Positions 1 to 13,533 of a stretch of 64,000 nt of DNA are shown here, piece by piece. The translations under genes and the position numbers were made by a program. Positions within the stretch are counted from its first letter, which is position 1. Every line of letters starts with the position of its first letter. The DNA is taken from NCBI GenBank assembly GCA_964016885.1, contig OZ024744.1, forward strand, positions 122,450,001 to 122,514,000, in the 5' to 3' direction. This DNA comes from Eledone cirrhosa. Taxonomy: Eukaryota. The notes below the pieces were generated by a model. That model had not been told where the DNA came from and searched no databases. It worked only from the letters and a program-made list of their open reading frames with translations.

Positions 1-3000
1 TTAGGGTTCTGTAGTGTAGTCAGGTCTAGGATTCTATATTGTAGTTAGGTTTAGGGTTCTGTAGTGTAGTTAGGTTTAGGGTTCTATACTGTATTTAGGT
101 TTAGGGTTCTGTACTATAGTTAGGTCTAGGGTTCTATACTGTAGTTAGGTTTAAGGTTCTATACTGTAGTTGGGTTTAGGGTTCTGTAGTGTAGGTAGGT
201 TTAGGGTTCTATACTGTAGTTAGGTCGAGGGTTTTGTAGTGTAGATAGGTTCAGGGTGCTGTACTGTAGTTAGGTTTAGGGTTCTATACTATAGTTAGGT
301 TTAGGGTTCTATAGTGTAGTTAGGTTTAGGGTTCTGTAGTGTAGTTAGGACTAAGTTTCTGTAATGTAATTAGGTTTAGGGTTCTGTACTGTAGTTAGGT
401 TTAGGGTTCTATAGTGTAGTTAGGTCTAGGGTTCTATACTGTAGCTAGGTGTAGGGTTCTATACTGTAGTTATGTCTAGGGTTGTATACTGTAGTGAGGT
501 TTTGGGTTCTATAGTGTAGTTAGGTTTAAAGGTTCTGTACTATAGTTAGGTCTAGGGTGCTATACTGTAGTTAGGTCTAGGGTGCTATACGGTAGTTAGG
601 TTTAGGGTTCTATACTGTAGTTAGGTTTAGGGTTCTATACTATAGTTAGGTGTAAGGTTCTATACTGTAGCTAGGTCTAGGGTTCTATACTGTAGTTAGG
701 TTTATGGTATTGTAGTGTAGTTAGGTTTAGGGTTCTATATTGTAGTTAGGTTTAGGGTTCTGTAGTGTAGTAAGGTCTAGGGTTCTGTACTGTAGTTAGG
801 TCTAGGGTTCTATACTGTAGCTAGGTCTAGGGTTCTATACTGTAGTTAGGTTTATGGTATTGTAGTGTAGTTAGGTTTAGGGTTCTGTAGTGTAGTTAGG
901 TTTAGGGTTCTATACTGTAGTTAGTTCTAGGGTTCTATAGTGTAGTTAGGTCTAGGGTTCTATACTGTAGTTAGGGTCTAGGGTTCTATACTGTAGCTAG
1001 GTGTAGGGTTCTATACTGTAGTTAGGTCTAGGGTTCTATACAGTAGTGACGTTTAGGGTTCTGTAGTGTAGTTAGGTTTAGGGTTGTGTACTGTAGTTAG
1101 GTTTAAGGTTCTATATTGTAGTTAGGTTTAGGGTTCTATACTGTAGTTAGGTCTAGGGTTCTATACTGTAGTTAGGTCTAGGGCTCTGTACTATAGTTAG
1201 GTCTAGGGTTCTATACTGTAGTTAGGTTTAAGGTTCTATACTGTAGTTAGGTTTGGATTGTGTAGTGTAGGTAGGTTTAGGGTTCTATACTGTAGTTAGG
1301 TCTAGGGTTCGGTAGTGTAGTTAGGTCTAGGGTGCTGTACTGTAGTTAGGTTTAGGGTTCTATACTATAGTTAGGTTTAGGGTTCTATAGTGTAGTTAGG
1401 TTTAGGGTTCTATACTGTAGTTAGGTTTAGGGTTCTGTAGTGTAGTTAGGTCTAGGGTTCTATACTGTAGTTAGTTCTAGGGTTCTATAGTGTAGTCAGG
1501 TCTAGGGTTCTATACTTTAGTTAGGTCTAGGGTTCTATACTGTAGCTAGGTGTAGGGTTCTATACTGTAGTTAGGTTTAGGGTTCTGTAGTGTAGTTAGG
1601 TTTAGGGTTCTATACTGTAGTTAGGTCTAGGGTTCTATAGTGTAGTTAGGTCTAGGGTTCTATACTGTAGCAAGGTCTAGGGTTCTATACAGTAGTTAGG
1701 TCTAGGGTTCTATACTGTAGTGAGGTTTAGGGTTCTGTACTATAGTTAGGTCTAGGGTGCTATACTGTAGTTAGGTTTAGAGTTCTAAACAGTAGCTAGG
1801 TGTAGGGTTCTATACTGTAGCTATGTTTAGGATTCTGTAGTGTAGTTGGGTTTAGGGTTCTGTACTGTAGTTAGGTCTAGGGTTCTATACTGTAGTTAGG
1901 TTTAGGGTTCTATACTGTAGTTAGGTCTAGGGTTCTATAGTGTAGTTAGGTTTAGGGTTCTGTAGTGTAGTTAGGTTTAGGGTTCTATACTGTAGCTAGG
2001 TTTAGGGTTCTGTAGTGTAGTTAGGTTTAGGGTTCTGTACTGTAGTGAGGTTTAGGGATCTATAGTGTAGTTAGGTCTAGGGTTCTATACTGTAGCTAGG
2101 TGTAGGGTTCTATACTGTAGTTATGTCTAGGGTTCTATACCGTAGTGAGGTTTTGGGTTCTATAGTATAGTTAGGTTTAAAGGTTCTGTACTATAGTTAG
2201 GTCTAGGGTGCTATACAGTAGTGAGGTCTAGGGTTCTATACCGTAGTTAGGTTTAGGGTTCTATACTGTAGTTAGGTTTAGGGTTATATACTGTAGTTAG
2301 GTCTAGGTTTCTGTAGTGTAGTTAGGTTTTGGGTTATATACTGTAGTTAGGTTTAGGGTTCTATACTGTAGTTAGGTCTAGGTTTCTATACTGTAGTTAG
2401 GTTTAGGGTTATATACTGTAGTTAGGTTTAGGGTTCTGTAGTGTATTTAGGTTTAGGGTTCTGTAGAGTAGTTAGGTCTAGAGTTCTATACTGTAGTTAG
2501 GTTTAGGGATCTATACTGTAGTTAGGTCTAGGGTTCTGTAGTGTAGTTAGGTTTAGGGTTGTGTACTATAGTTAAATTTAGGGTTCTATACTGTAGTTAG
2601 GTTTAGGGTTCTATACTGTAGCTAGGTGTAGGGTTCTGTAGTGTAGTTAGGTTTAGGGTTCTGTCGTGTAGTTAGGTTTAGGGTTTTGCAGTGTAGTTAG
2701 GTTTAGGGTTCCGTACTGTAGTTAGGTCTAGGGTTCTGTAATATAGTTAGGTTTAGGGTTCTATACTGTAGTTAGGTCTAGGGTTCTATACTGTAGTTAG
2801 ATTTAGGGTTCTATACTGTAGCTAGGTGTAGGGTTCTATACTGTAGTTAGGTTTAGGGTTCTGTAGTGTTGTTAGGTTTAGGGTTCTGTACTGTAGTTAG
2901 GTCTAGGGTTCTATACTGTAGTTAGGTTTAGGGTTCTATACTGCAGTTAGGTTTAGGGTTCTGTACTGTAATTAGGTCTAGGGTTCTATACTGTAGTTAG

Positions 3001-6000
3001 GTTTAGGGTTCTATACTGTAGCTAGGTGCAGGGTTCTATACTGTAGTTAGGTCTAGGGTTCTATACTGTAGTTAGGTCTAGGGTTCTATACTGTAGTTAG
3101 GTTTAGGGTTCTGTAGTCTTGTTAGGTTTAGGGTTCTGTATTGTAGTTAGGTCTAGGGTTCTATACTGTAGTTAGGTTTAAGGTTCTATAATGTAGTTAG
3201 GTTTAGGGTTCTGTACTGTAGTTAGGTCTAGGGTTCTATAGTGTAGTTAGGTCTAGGGTTCTATACTGTAGTTAGGTTTAGGGTTCTGTAGTGTAGGTAG
3301 GTTTAGGGTTCTATACTGTAGTTAGGTCTAGGGTTCTGTAGTGTAGTTAGGTTTAGGGTTCTATACTGCAGTTAGGTTTAGGGTTCTGTATTGTAGTTAG
3401 GTCTAGGGTTCTATACTGTAGTTAGGTTTAAGGTTCTATAATGTAGTTAGGTCTAGGGTTCTATACTGTAGCTAGGTGTAGGGTTCTATACTGTATTTAT
3501 GTCTAGGGTTCTATACTGTAGTGAGGTTTAGGGTTCTATAGTGTAGTTAGGTTTAAAGGTTCTGTACTATAGTTAGGTCTAGGGTGCTATACTGTAGTTA
3601 GGTTTAGGGTTCTATAGTGTAGTTAGGTTTAGGGTTCTATACTGTAGTTATGTCTAGGGTTCTATACTGTAGTGAGGTCTAGGGTTCTGTAGTGTAGTTA
3701 GGTTTAGGGTGCTGTACTCTAGTTAGGTTTAGAGTTCTATAGTGTAGTTAGGTTTAGGGTTCTATACTGTAGTTAGGTCTAGGGTTCTGTAGTGTAGTTA
3801 GGTCTAGGGTTCTGTAGTGTAGTTAGGTTTAGGGTTCTGTAGTGTAGTTAGGTCTAGGGTTCTGTATTGTAGTTAGGTCGAGGGTTCTATACTGTAGCTA
3901 GGTCTAGGGTTCTATACTGTAGTTAGGTTTAGGGTTCTATACTGTTGTTAGGTTTAGGGTACTGTAGTGTAGTTAGGTTTAGGGTTCTGTAGTGTAGTTA
4001 GGTCTAGGGTTCTGTAGTGTAGTTAGGTTTAGAGTTCTATACTGTAGTTAGGTATAGGGTTCCATACTGTAGTTAGATCTAGGGTTCTATAGTGTAGTTA
4101 GGTCTAGGGTTCTATACAGTAGCTAGGTGTAGGGTTCTATACTGTAGTTATGTCTAGGTTTCTATAGTGTAGTTAGGTTTAAAGGTTCTGTACTATAGTT
4201 AGGTCTAGGGTGCTATACTGTAGTGAGGTTTAGGGTTCTGTACTGTAGTTAGGTTTAGGGTTCTGTACTATAGTTATGTCTAGGGTTATATAATGTAGTT
4301 AGGTTTAAGGTTCTATACTGTAGTTAGGTTTAGGGTTCTGTAGTGTAGGTAGGTTTAGGGTTCTATACTGTAGTTAGGTCTAGGGTTCTGTAGTGTAGTT
4401 AGGTTTAGGGTGCTGTACTGTAGTTAGGTTTAGGGTCCTATACTATAGTCAGGTTTAGTGTTCTATAGTGTAGTTTGGTTTAGGGTTCTATACTGTAGTT
4501 AGGTTTAGGGTTCTGTAGTGTAGTTAGGTCTAGGTTTCTGTAATGTAGTTAGGTTTAGGGTTCTGTACTGTAGTTAGGTTTAGGGTTCTATACTATAGTT
4601 AGGTTTAGGGTTCTGTACTATAGTTAGGTCTAGGATGCTATACTGTAGTTAGGTTTAGGGTTCTATACTGTAGTTAGGTTTAGGGTTCTATACTGTAATT
4701 AGCTTTAGGGTTCTGTAGTGTAGTTAGTTTTAGGGTTCTATATTGTAGTTAGGTTTAGGGTTCTGTAGTGTAGTAAGGTCTAGGGTTCTGTACTGTAGTT
4801 ATGTCTAGGTTTCTATACTGTAGCTAGGTCTAGGGTTCTATACTGTAGTTAGGTTTATGGTATTGTTGTGTAGTTAGGTTTAGGGTTCTGTAATGTAGTT
4901 AGGCTTAGGGTTCTGTAGTGTAGTTAGGTCTAGGATTCTATACTGTAGTTAGTTCTAGGGTTTTATAGTGTAGTTAGGTCTAGGGTTCTATCATGTAGTT
5001 AGGTCTAGGGTTCTATACTGTAGCTAGGTCTAGGGTTCTATACTGTAGTTAGGTTTAGGTTTCTGTAGTGTAGTTAGGTTTAGGGTTCTATACTGTAGTT
5101 AGGTCTAAGGTTCTATATTGTAGTTAGGTCTAGGGTTCTGATGTGTAGTTAGGTCTAGGGTACTATATAGTAGTTAGATCTAGGGTTCTATACTGTAGCT
5201 AGGTGTAGGGTTCTATACTGTAGTTAGGTCTAGGGTTCTATACTGTAGTGAGGTTTAGGGTTCTGTACTATAGTTAGGTCTAGGGTGCTATACTATAGTT
5301 AGGTTTAGGGTTCTGTACTGTAATTAGGTTTAGGGTTCTATATTGTAGTTAGGTTTAGTGTTCTGTAGTGTAGTTAGGTTTAGGGTTCTATACTGTAGTT
5401 AGGTTTAGGGTTCTGTAGTGTAGTTAGGTCTTGGTTTCTATACTGTAGCTAGGTTTAGGGTTCTAAACTGTAGCTAGGTGTAGGGTTCTATACTGTAGTG
5501 ATGTTTAGGGTTGTGTACTGTAGTTACGTCTAGGGTTCTATACTGTAGTTAGGTTTAGGGTTCTGTAGTGTAGTTAGGTCTAGGGTTCTGTACTGTAGTT
5601 AGGTTTAAGGTTCTATTTTGTAGTTAGGTTTAGGGTTCTATACTGTAGTTAGGTTTAGGGTTCTGTAGTGTAGTTAGGTTTAGGGTTCTATACTGTAGTT
5701 AGGTTAAGGGTTCTATACTGTAGTTATGTTTAGGGTTCTGTAGAGTAGTTGGGTTTAGGGTTCTGTACTGTAGTTAGGTCTAGGGTTCTATATTGTAGTT
5801 AGGTTTAGGGTTCTGTAATATAGTTAGGTTTAGGGTTCTATATTGTAGTTAGGTTTAGGGTTCTGTAATATAGTTAGGTTTAGGGTTCTGTACTGTAGTT
5901 AGGTTTAAAGGTTCTGTACTATAGTTAGGTCTAGGGTGCTATACTGTAGTGAGGTTTAGGGTTCTGTACTGTAGTTAGGTTTAGGGTTCTGTACTATAGT

Positions 6001-9000
6001 TAGGTCTAGGGTTCTATACTGTAGTTAGGTTTAAGGTTCTATACTGTAGTTAGGTTTAGGGTTCTGTAGTGTAGTTAGGTCTTGGTTTCTATACTGTAGT
6101 TAGGTTTAGGGTTCTGAAGTGTAGTTAGGTTTAGGGTTCTGTAGTGTAGTTAGGTCTAGGTTTCTGTAATGTAGTTAGATTTAGGGTTCTGTACTGTAGT
6201 TAGGTTTAGGGTTCTATACTATAGTTAGGTTTAGGGTTCTATAGTGTAGTTAGGTCTAGGGTTCTATACTGTAGCTAGGTGTAGGGTTCTATACTGTAGT
6301 TATGTCTAGGGTTCTAAACTGTAGTGAGGTTTAGGGTTCTATAGTGTAGTTAGGTTTACAGGTTCTGTACTATAGTTAGGTCTAGGGTGCTATACTGTAG
6401 TTAGGTTTAGGGTTCTATACTGTAGTTAGGTTTAGGGTTCTATACTATAGTTTGGTTTATGTTTCTATACTGTAATTAGGTTTAGGTTTCTGTAGCGTAG
6501 TTAGGTTTAGGGTTCTATATTGTAGTTAGGTTTAGGGTTCTGTAGTGTAGTTAGGTCTAGGGTTCTGTACTGTAGTTAGGTCTAGGGTTCTATACTGTAG
6601 CTAGGTCTAGGGTTCTATACAGTAGTTAGGTTTAGGGTTCTGTAGTGTAGTTAGGTCTAGGATTCTGAAGTGTAGTTAGGTCTAGGTTTCTGTAATGTAG
6701 TTAGGTTTAGGGTTCTGTACTGTAATGTCTAGGGTTCTATACTGTAGTGAGGTTTTAGGTTCTATAGTATAGTTAGGTTTAAAGGTTCTGTACTATAGTT
6801 AGGTCTAGGGTGCTATACTGTAGTGAGGTTTAGGGTTCTATACTATAGTTAGGTTTAAGGTTCTATACAGTAATTAGGTTTAGGGTTCTATATTGTAGTT
6901 AGGTTTAGGGTTCTGTAGTGTAGTCAGGTCTAGGATTCTATATTGTAGTTAGGTTTAGGGTTCTGTAGTGTAGTTAGGTTTAGGGTTCTATACTGTATTT
7001 AGGTTTAGGGTTCTGTACTATAGTTAGGTCTAGGGTTCTATACTGTAGTTAGGTTTAAGGTTCTATACTGTAGTTGGGTTTAGGGTTCTGTAGTGTAGGT
7101 AGGTTTAGGGTTCTATACTGTAGTTAGGTCGAGGGTTTTGTAGTGTAGATAGGTTCAGGGTGCTGTACTGTAGTTAGGTTTAGGGTTCTATACTATAGTT
7201 AGGTTTAGGGTTCTATAGTGTAGTTAGGTTTAGGGTTCTGTAGTGTAGTTAGGACTAAGTTTCTGTAATGTAATTAGGTTTAGGGTTCTGTACTGTAGTT
7301 AGGTTTAGGGTTCTATAGTGTAGTTAGGTCTAGGGTTCTATACTGTAGCTAGGTGTAGGGTTCTATACTGTAGTTATGTCTAGGGTTGTATACTGTAGTG
7401 AGGTTTTGGGTTCTATAGTGTAGTTAGGTTTAAAGGTTCTGTACTATAGTTAGGTCTAGGGTGCTATACTGTAGTTAGGTCTAGGGTGCTATACGGTAGT
7501 TAGGTTTAGGGTTCTATACTGTAGTTAGGTTTAGGGTTCTATACTATAGTTAGGTGTAAGGTTCTATACTGTAATTAGGTTTAGGGTTCTGTAGTGTAGT
7601 TAGGTTTAGGGTTCTATATTGTAGTTAGGTTTAGGGTTCTGTAGTGTAGTAAGGTCTAGGGTTCTGTACTGTAGTTAGGTCTAGGGTTCTATACTGTAGC
7701 TAGGTCTAGGGTTCTATACTGTAGTTAGGTTTATGGTATTGTAGTGTAGTTAGGTTTAGGGTTCTGTAGTGTAGTTAGGTTTAGGGTTCTATACTGTAGT
7801 TAGTTCTAGGGTTCTATAGTGTAGTTAGGTCTAGGGTTCTATACTGTAGTTAGGGTCTAGGGTTCTATACTGTAGCTAGGTGTAGGGTTCTATACTGTAG
7901 TTAGGTCTAGGGTTCTATACAGTAGTGACGTTTAGGGTTCTGTAGTGTAGTTAGGTTTAGGGTTGTGTACTGTAGTTAGGTTTAAGGTTCTATATTGTAG
8001 TTAGGTTTAGGGTTCTATACTGTAGTTAGGTCTAGGGTTCTATACTGTAGTTAGGTCTAGGGCTCTGTACTATAGTTAGGTCTAGGGTTCTATACTGTAG
8101 TTAGGTTTAAGGTTCTATACTGTAGTTAGGTTTGGATTGTGTAGTGTAGGTAGGTTTAGGGTTCTATACTGTAGTTAGGTCTAGGGTTCGGTAGTGTAGT
8201 TAGGTCTAGGGTGCTGTACTGTAGTTAGGTTTAGGGTTCTATACTATAGTTAGGTTTAGGGTTCTATAGTGTAGTTAGGTTTAGGGTTCTATACTGTAGT
8301 TAGGTTTAGGGTTCTGTAGTGTAGTTAGGTCTAGGGTTCTATACTGTAGTTAGTTCTAGGGTTCTATAGTGTAGTCAGGTCTAGGGTTCTATACTTTAGT
8401 TAGGTCTAGGGTTCTATACTGTAGCTAGGTGTAGGGTTCTATACTGTAGTTAGGTTTAGGGTTCTGTAGTGTAGTTAGGTTTAGGGTTCTATACTGTAGT
8501 TAGGTCTAGGGTTCTATAGTGTAGTTAGGTCTAGGGTTCTATACTGTAGCAAGGTCTAGGGTTCTATACAGTAGTTAGGTCTAGGGTTCTATACTGTAGT
8601 GAGGTTTAGGGTTCTGTACTATAGTTAGGTCTAGGGTGCTATACTGTAGTTAGGTTTAGAGTTCTAAACAGTAGCTAGGTGTAGGGTTCTATACTGTAGC
8701 TATGTTTAGGATTCTGTAGTGTAGTTGGGTTTAGGGTTCTGTACTGTAGTTAGGTCTAGGGTTCTATACTGTAGTTAGGTTTAGGGTTCTATACTGTAGT
8801 TAGGTCTAGGGTTCTATAGTGTAGTTAGGTTTAGGGTTCTGTAGTGTAGTTAGGTTTAGGGTTCTATACTGTAGCTAGGTTTAGGGTTCTGTAGTGTAGT
8901 TAGGTTTAGGGTTCTGTACTGTAGTGAGGTTTAGGGATCTATAGTGTAGTTAGGTCTAGGGTTCTATACTGTAGCTAGGTGTAGGGTTCTATACTGTAGT

Positions 9001-12000
9001 TATGTCTAGGGTTCTATACCGTAGTGAGGTTTTGGGTTCTATAGTATAGTTAGGTTTAAAGGTTCTGTACTATAGTTAGGTCTAGGGTGCTATACAGTAG
9101 TGAGGCCTAGGGTTCTATACCGTAGTTAGGTTTAGGGTTCTATACTGTAGTTAGGTTTAGGGTTATATACTGTAGTTAGGTCTAGGTTTCTGTAGTGTAG
9201 TTAGGTTTTGGGTTATATACTGTAGTTAGGTTTAGGGTTCTATACTGTAGTTAGGTCTAGGTTTCTATACTGTAGTTAGGTTTAGGGTTATATACTGTAG
9301 TTAGGTTTAGGGTTCTGTAGTGTATTTAGGTTTAGGGTTCTGTAGAGTAGTTAGGTCTAGAGTTCTATACTGTAGTTAGGTTTAGGGATCTATACTGTAG
9401 TTAGGTCTAGGGTTCTGTAGTGTAGTTAGGTTTAGGGTTGTGTACTATAGTTAAATTTAGGGTTCTATACTGTAGTTAGGTTTAGGGTTCTATACTGTAG
9501 CTAGGTGTAGGGTTCTGTAGTGTAGTTAGGTTTAGGGTTCTGTCGTGTAGTTAGGTTTAGGGTTTTGCAGTGTAGTTAGGTTTAGGGTTCCGTACTGTAG
9601 TTAGGTCTAGGGTTCTGTAATATAGTTAGGTTTAGGGTTCTATACTGTAGTTAGGTCTAGGGTTCTATACTGTAGTTAGATTTAGGGTTCTATACTGTAG
9701 CTAGGTGTAGGGTTCTATACTGTAGTTAGGTTTAGGGTTCTGTAGTGTTGTTAGGTTTAGGGTTCTGTACTGTAGTTAGGTCTAGGGTTCTATACTGTAG
9801 TTAGGTTTAGGGTTCTATACTGCAGTTAGGTTTAGGGTTCTGTACTGTAGTTAGGTCTAGGGTTCTATACTGTAGTTAGGTTTAGGGTTCTATACTGTAG
9901 CTAGGTGCAGGGTTCTATACTGTAGTTAGGTCTAGGGTTCTATACTGTAGTTAGGTCTAGGGTTCTATACTGTAGTTAGGTTTAGGGTTCTGTAGTCTTG
10001 TTAGGTTTAGGGTTCTGTATTGTAGTTAGGTCTAGGGTTCTATACTGTAGTTAGGTTTAAGGTTCTATAATGTAGTTAGGTTTAGGGTTCTGTACTGTAG
10101 TTAGGTCTAGGGTTCTATAGTGTAGTTAGGTCTAGGGTTCTATACTGTAGTTAGGTTTAGGGTTCTGTAGTGTAGGTAGGTTTAGGGTTCTATACTGTAG
10201 TTAGGTCTAGGGTTCTGTAGTGTAGTTAGGTTTAGGGTTCTATACTGCAGTTAGGTTTAGGGTTCTGTATTGTAGTTAGGTCTAGGGTTCTATACTGTAG
10301 TTAGGTTTAAGGTTCTATAATGTAGTTAGGTCTAGGGTTCTATACTGTAGCTAGGTGTAGGGTTCTATACTGTATTTATGTCTAGGGTTCTATACTGTAG
10401 TGAGGTTTAGGGTTCTATAGTGTAGTTAGGTTTAAAGGTTCTGTACTATAGTTAGGTCTAGGGTGCTATACTGTAGTTAGGTTTAGGGTTCTATAGTGTA
10501 GTTAGGTTTAGGGTTCTATACTGTAGTTATGTCTAGGGTTCTATACTGTAGTGAGGTCTAGGGTTCTGTAGTGTAGTTAGGTTTAGGGTGCTGTACTCTA
10601 GTTAGGTTTAGAGTTCTATAGTGTAGTTAGGTTTAGGGTTCTATACTGTAGTTAGGTCTAGGGTTCTGTAGTGTAGTTAGGTCTAGGGTTCTGTAGTGTA
10701 GTTAGGTTTAGGGTTCTGTAGTGTAGTTAGGTCTAGGGTTCTGTATTGTAGTTAGGTCGAGGGTTCTATACTGTAGCTAGGTCTAGGGTTCTATACTGTA
10801 GTTAGGTTTAGGGTTCTATACTGTTGTTAGGTTTAGGGTACTGTAGTGTAGTTAGGTTTAGGGTTCTGTAGTGTAGTTAGGTCTAGGGTTCTGTAGTGTA
10901 GTTAGGTTTAGAGTTCTATACTGTAGTTAGGTATAGGGTTCCATACTGTAGTTAGATCTAGGGTTCTATAGTGTAGTTAGGTCTAGGGTTCTATACAGTA
11001 GCTAGGTGTAGGGTTCTATACTGTAGTTATGTCTAGGTTTCTATAGTGTAGTTAGGTTTAAAGGTTCTGTACTATAGTTAGGTCTAGGGTGCTATACTGT
11101 AGTGAGGTTTAGGGTTCTGTACTGTAGTTAGGTTTAGGGTTCTGTACTATAGTTATGTCTAGGGTTATATAATGTAGTTAGGTTTAAGGTTCTATACTGT
11201 AGTTAGGTTTAGGGTTCTGTAGTGTAGGTAGGTTTAGGGTTCTATACTGTAGTTAGGTCTAGGGTTCTGTAGTGTAGTTAGGTTTAGGGTGCTGTACTGT
11301 AGTTAGGTTTAGGGTCCTATACTATAGTCAGGTTTAGTGTTCTATAGTGTAGTTTGGTTTAGGGTTCTATACTGTAGTTAGGTTTAGGGTTCTGTAGTGT
11401 AGTTAGGTCTAGGTTTCTGTAATGTAGTTAGGTTTAGGGTTCTGTACTGTAGTTAGGTTTAGGGTTCTATACTATAGTTAGGTTTAGGGTTCTGTACTAT
11501 AGTTAGGTCTAGGATGCTATACTGTAGTTAGGTTTAGGGTTCTATACTGTAGTTAGGTTTAGGGTTCTATACTGTAATTAGCTTTAGGGTTCTGTAGTGT
11601 AGTTAGTTTTAGGGTTCTATATTGTAGTTAGGTTTAGGGTTCTGTAGTGTAGTAAGGTCTAGGGTTCTGTACTGTAGTTATGTCTAGGTTTCTATACTGT
11701 AGCTAGGTCTAGGGTTCTATACTGTAGTTAGGTTTATGGTATTGTTGTGTAGTTAGGTTTAGGGTTCTGTAATGTAGTTAGGCTTAGGGTTCTGTAGTGT
11801 AGTTAGGTCTAGGATTCTATACTGTAGTTAGTTCTAGGGTTTTATAGTGTAGTTAGGTCTAGGGTTCTATCATGTAGTTAGGTCTAGGGTTCTATACTGT
11901 AGCTAGGTCTAGGGTTCTATACTGTAGTTAGGTTTAGGTTTCTGTAGTGTAGTTAGGTTTAGGGTTCTATACTGTAGTTAGGTCTAAGGTTCTATATTGT

Positions 12001-13533
12001 AGTTAGGTCTAGGGTTCTGTTGTGTAGTTAGGTCTAGGGTACTATATAGTAGTTAGATCTAGGGTTCTATACTGTAGCTAGGTGTAGGGTTCTATACTGT
12101 AGTTAGGTCTAGGGTTCTATACTGTAGTGAGGTTTAGGGTTCTGTACTATAGTTAGGTCTAGGGTGCTATACTGTAGCTAGGTTTAGGGTTCTGTACTGT
12201 AATTAGGTTTAGGGTTCTATATTGTAGTTAGGTTTAGTGTTCTGTAGTGTAGTTAGGTTTAGGGTTCTATACTGTAGTTAGGTTTAGGGTTCTGTAGTGT
12301 AGTTAGGTCTTGGTTTCTATACTGTAGCTAGGTTTAGGGTTCTAAACTGTAGCTAGGTGTAGGGTTCTATACTGTAGTGATGTTTAGGGTTGTGTACTGT
12401 AGTTACGTCTAGGGTTCTATACTGTAGTTAGGTTTAGGGTTCTGTAGTGTAGTTAGGTCTAGGGTTCTGTACTGTAGTTAGGTTTAAGGTTCTATTTTGT
12501 AGTTAGGTTTAGGGTTCTATACTGTAGTTAGGTTTAGGGTTCTGTAGTGTAGTTAGGTTTAGGGTTCTATACTGTAGTTAGGTTAAGGGTTCTATACTGT
12601 AGTTATGTTTAGGGTTCTGTAGAGTAGTTGGGTTTAGGGTTCTGTACTGTAGTTAGGTCTAGGGTTCTATATTGTAGTTAGGTTTAGGGTTCTGTAATAT
12701 AGTTAGGTTTAGGGTTCTATATTGTAGTTAGGTTTAGGGTTCTGTAATATAGTTAGGTTTAGGGTTCTGTACTGTAGTTAGGTTTAAAGGTTCTGTACTA
12801 TAGTTAGGTCTAGGGTGCTATACTGTAGTGAGGTTTAGGGTTCTGTACTGTAGTTAGGTTTAGGGTTCTGTACTATAGTTAGGTCTAGGGTTCTATACTG
12901 TAGTTAGGTTTAAGGTTCTATACTGTAGTTAGGTTTAGGGTTCTGTAGTGTAGTTAGGTCTTGGTTTCTATACCGTAGTTAGGTTTAGGGTTCTGAAGTG
13001 TAGTTAGGTTTAGGGTTCTGTAGTGTAGTTAGGTCTAGGTTTCTGTAATGTAGTTAGATTTAGGGTTCTGTACTGTAGTTAGGTTTAGGGTTCTATACTA
13101 TAGTTAGGTTTAGGGTTCTATAGTGTAGTTAGGTCTAGGGTTCTATACTGTAGCTAGGTGTAGGGTTCTATACTGTAGTTATGTCTAGGGTTCTAAACTG
13201 TAGTGAGGTTTAGGGTTCTATAGTGTAGTTAGGTTTACAGGTTCTGTACTATAGTTAGGTCTAGGGTGCTATACTGTAGTTAGGTTTAGGGTTCTATACT
13301 GTAGTTAGGTTTAGGGTTCTATACTATAGTTTGGTTTATGTTTCTATACTGTAATTAGGTTTAGGTTTCTGTAGCGTAGTTAGGTTTAGGGTTCTATATT
13401 GTAGTTAGGTTTAGGGTTCTGTAGTGTAGTTAGGTCTAGGGTTCTGTACTGTAGTTAGGTCTAGGGTTCTATACTGTAGCTAGGTCTAGGGTTCTATACA
13501 GTAGTTAGGTTTAGGGTTCTGTAGTGTAGTTAG
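1..13533 (+). repeat. Near-identical tandem duplication of about 6.9 kb (1-~6654 repeated at 6905-~13533)
   Basis: Position 1 aligns to 6905 (offset 6904). After a one-monomer difference near 670-720 the offset is a constant 6879: GTGACG C1050/C7929, TTAAATTT A2576/A9455, GTAGCGTAG C6496/C13375. The match is lost near 6655/13534. Confidence 0.93.

Noticed and set aside
1-125. Monomer as a degenerate 5 x 5-bp (TTAGG)n derivative (YTAGG-GTTCT-RTAST-GTAGT-TAGGT)
   Set aside because: Suggestive but not separable from chance in a low-complexity sequence. GTTCT fits poorly and the last pentamer is out of phase.
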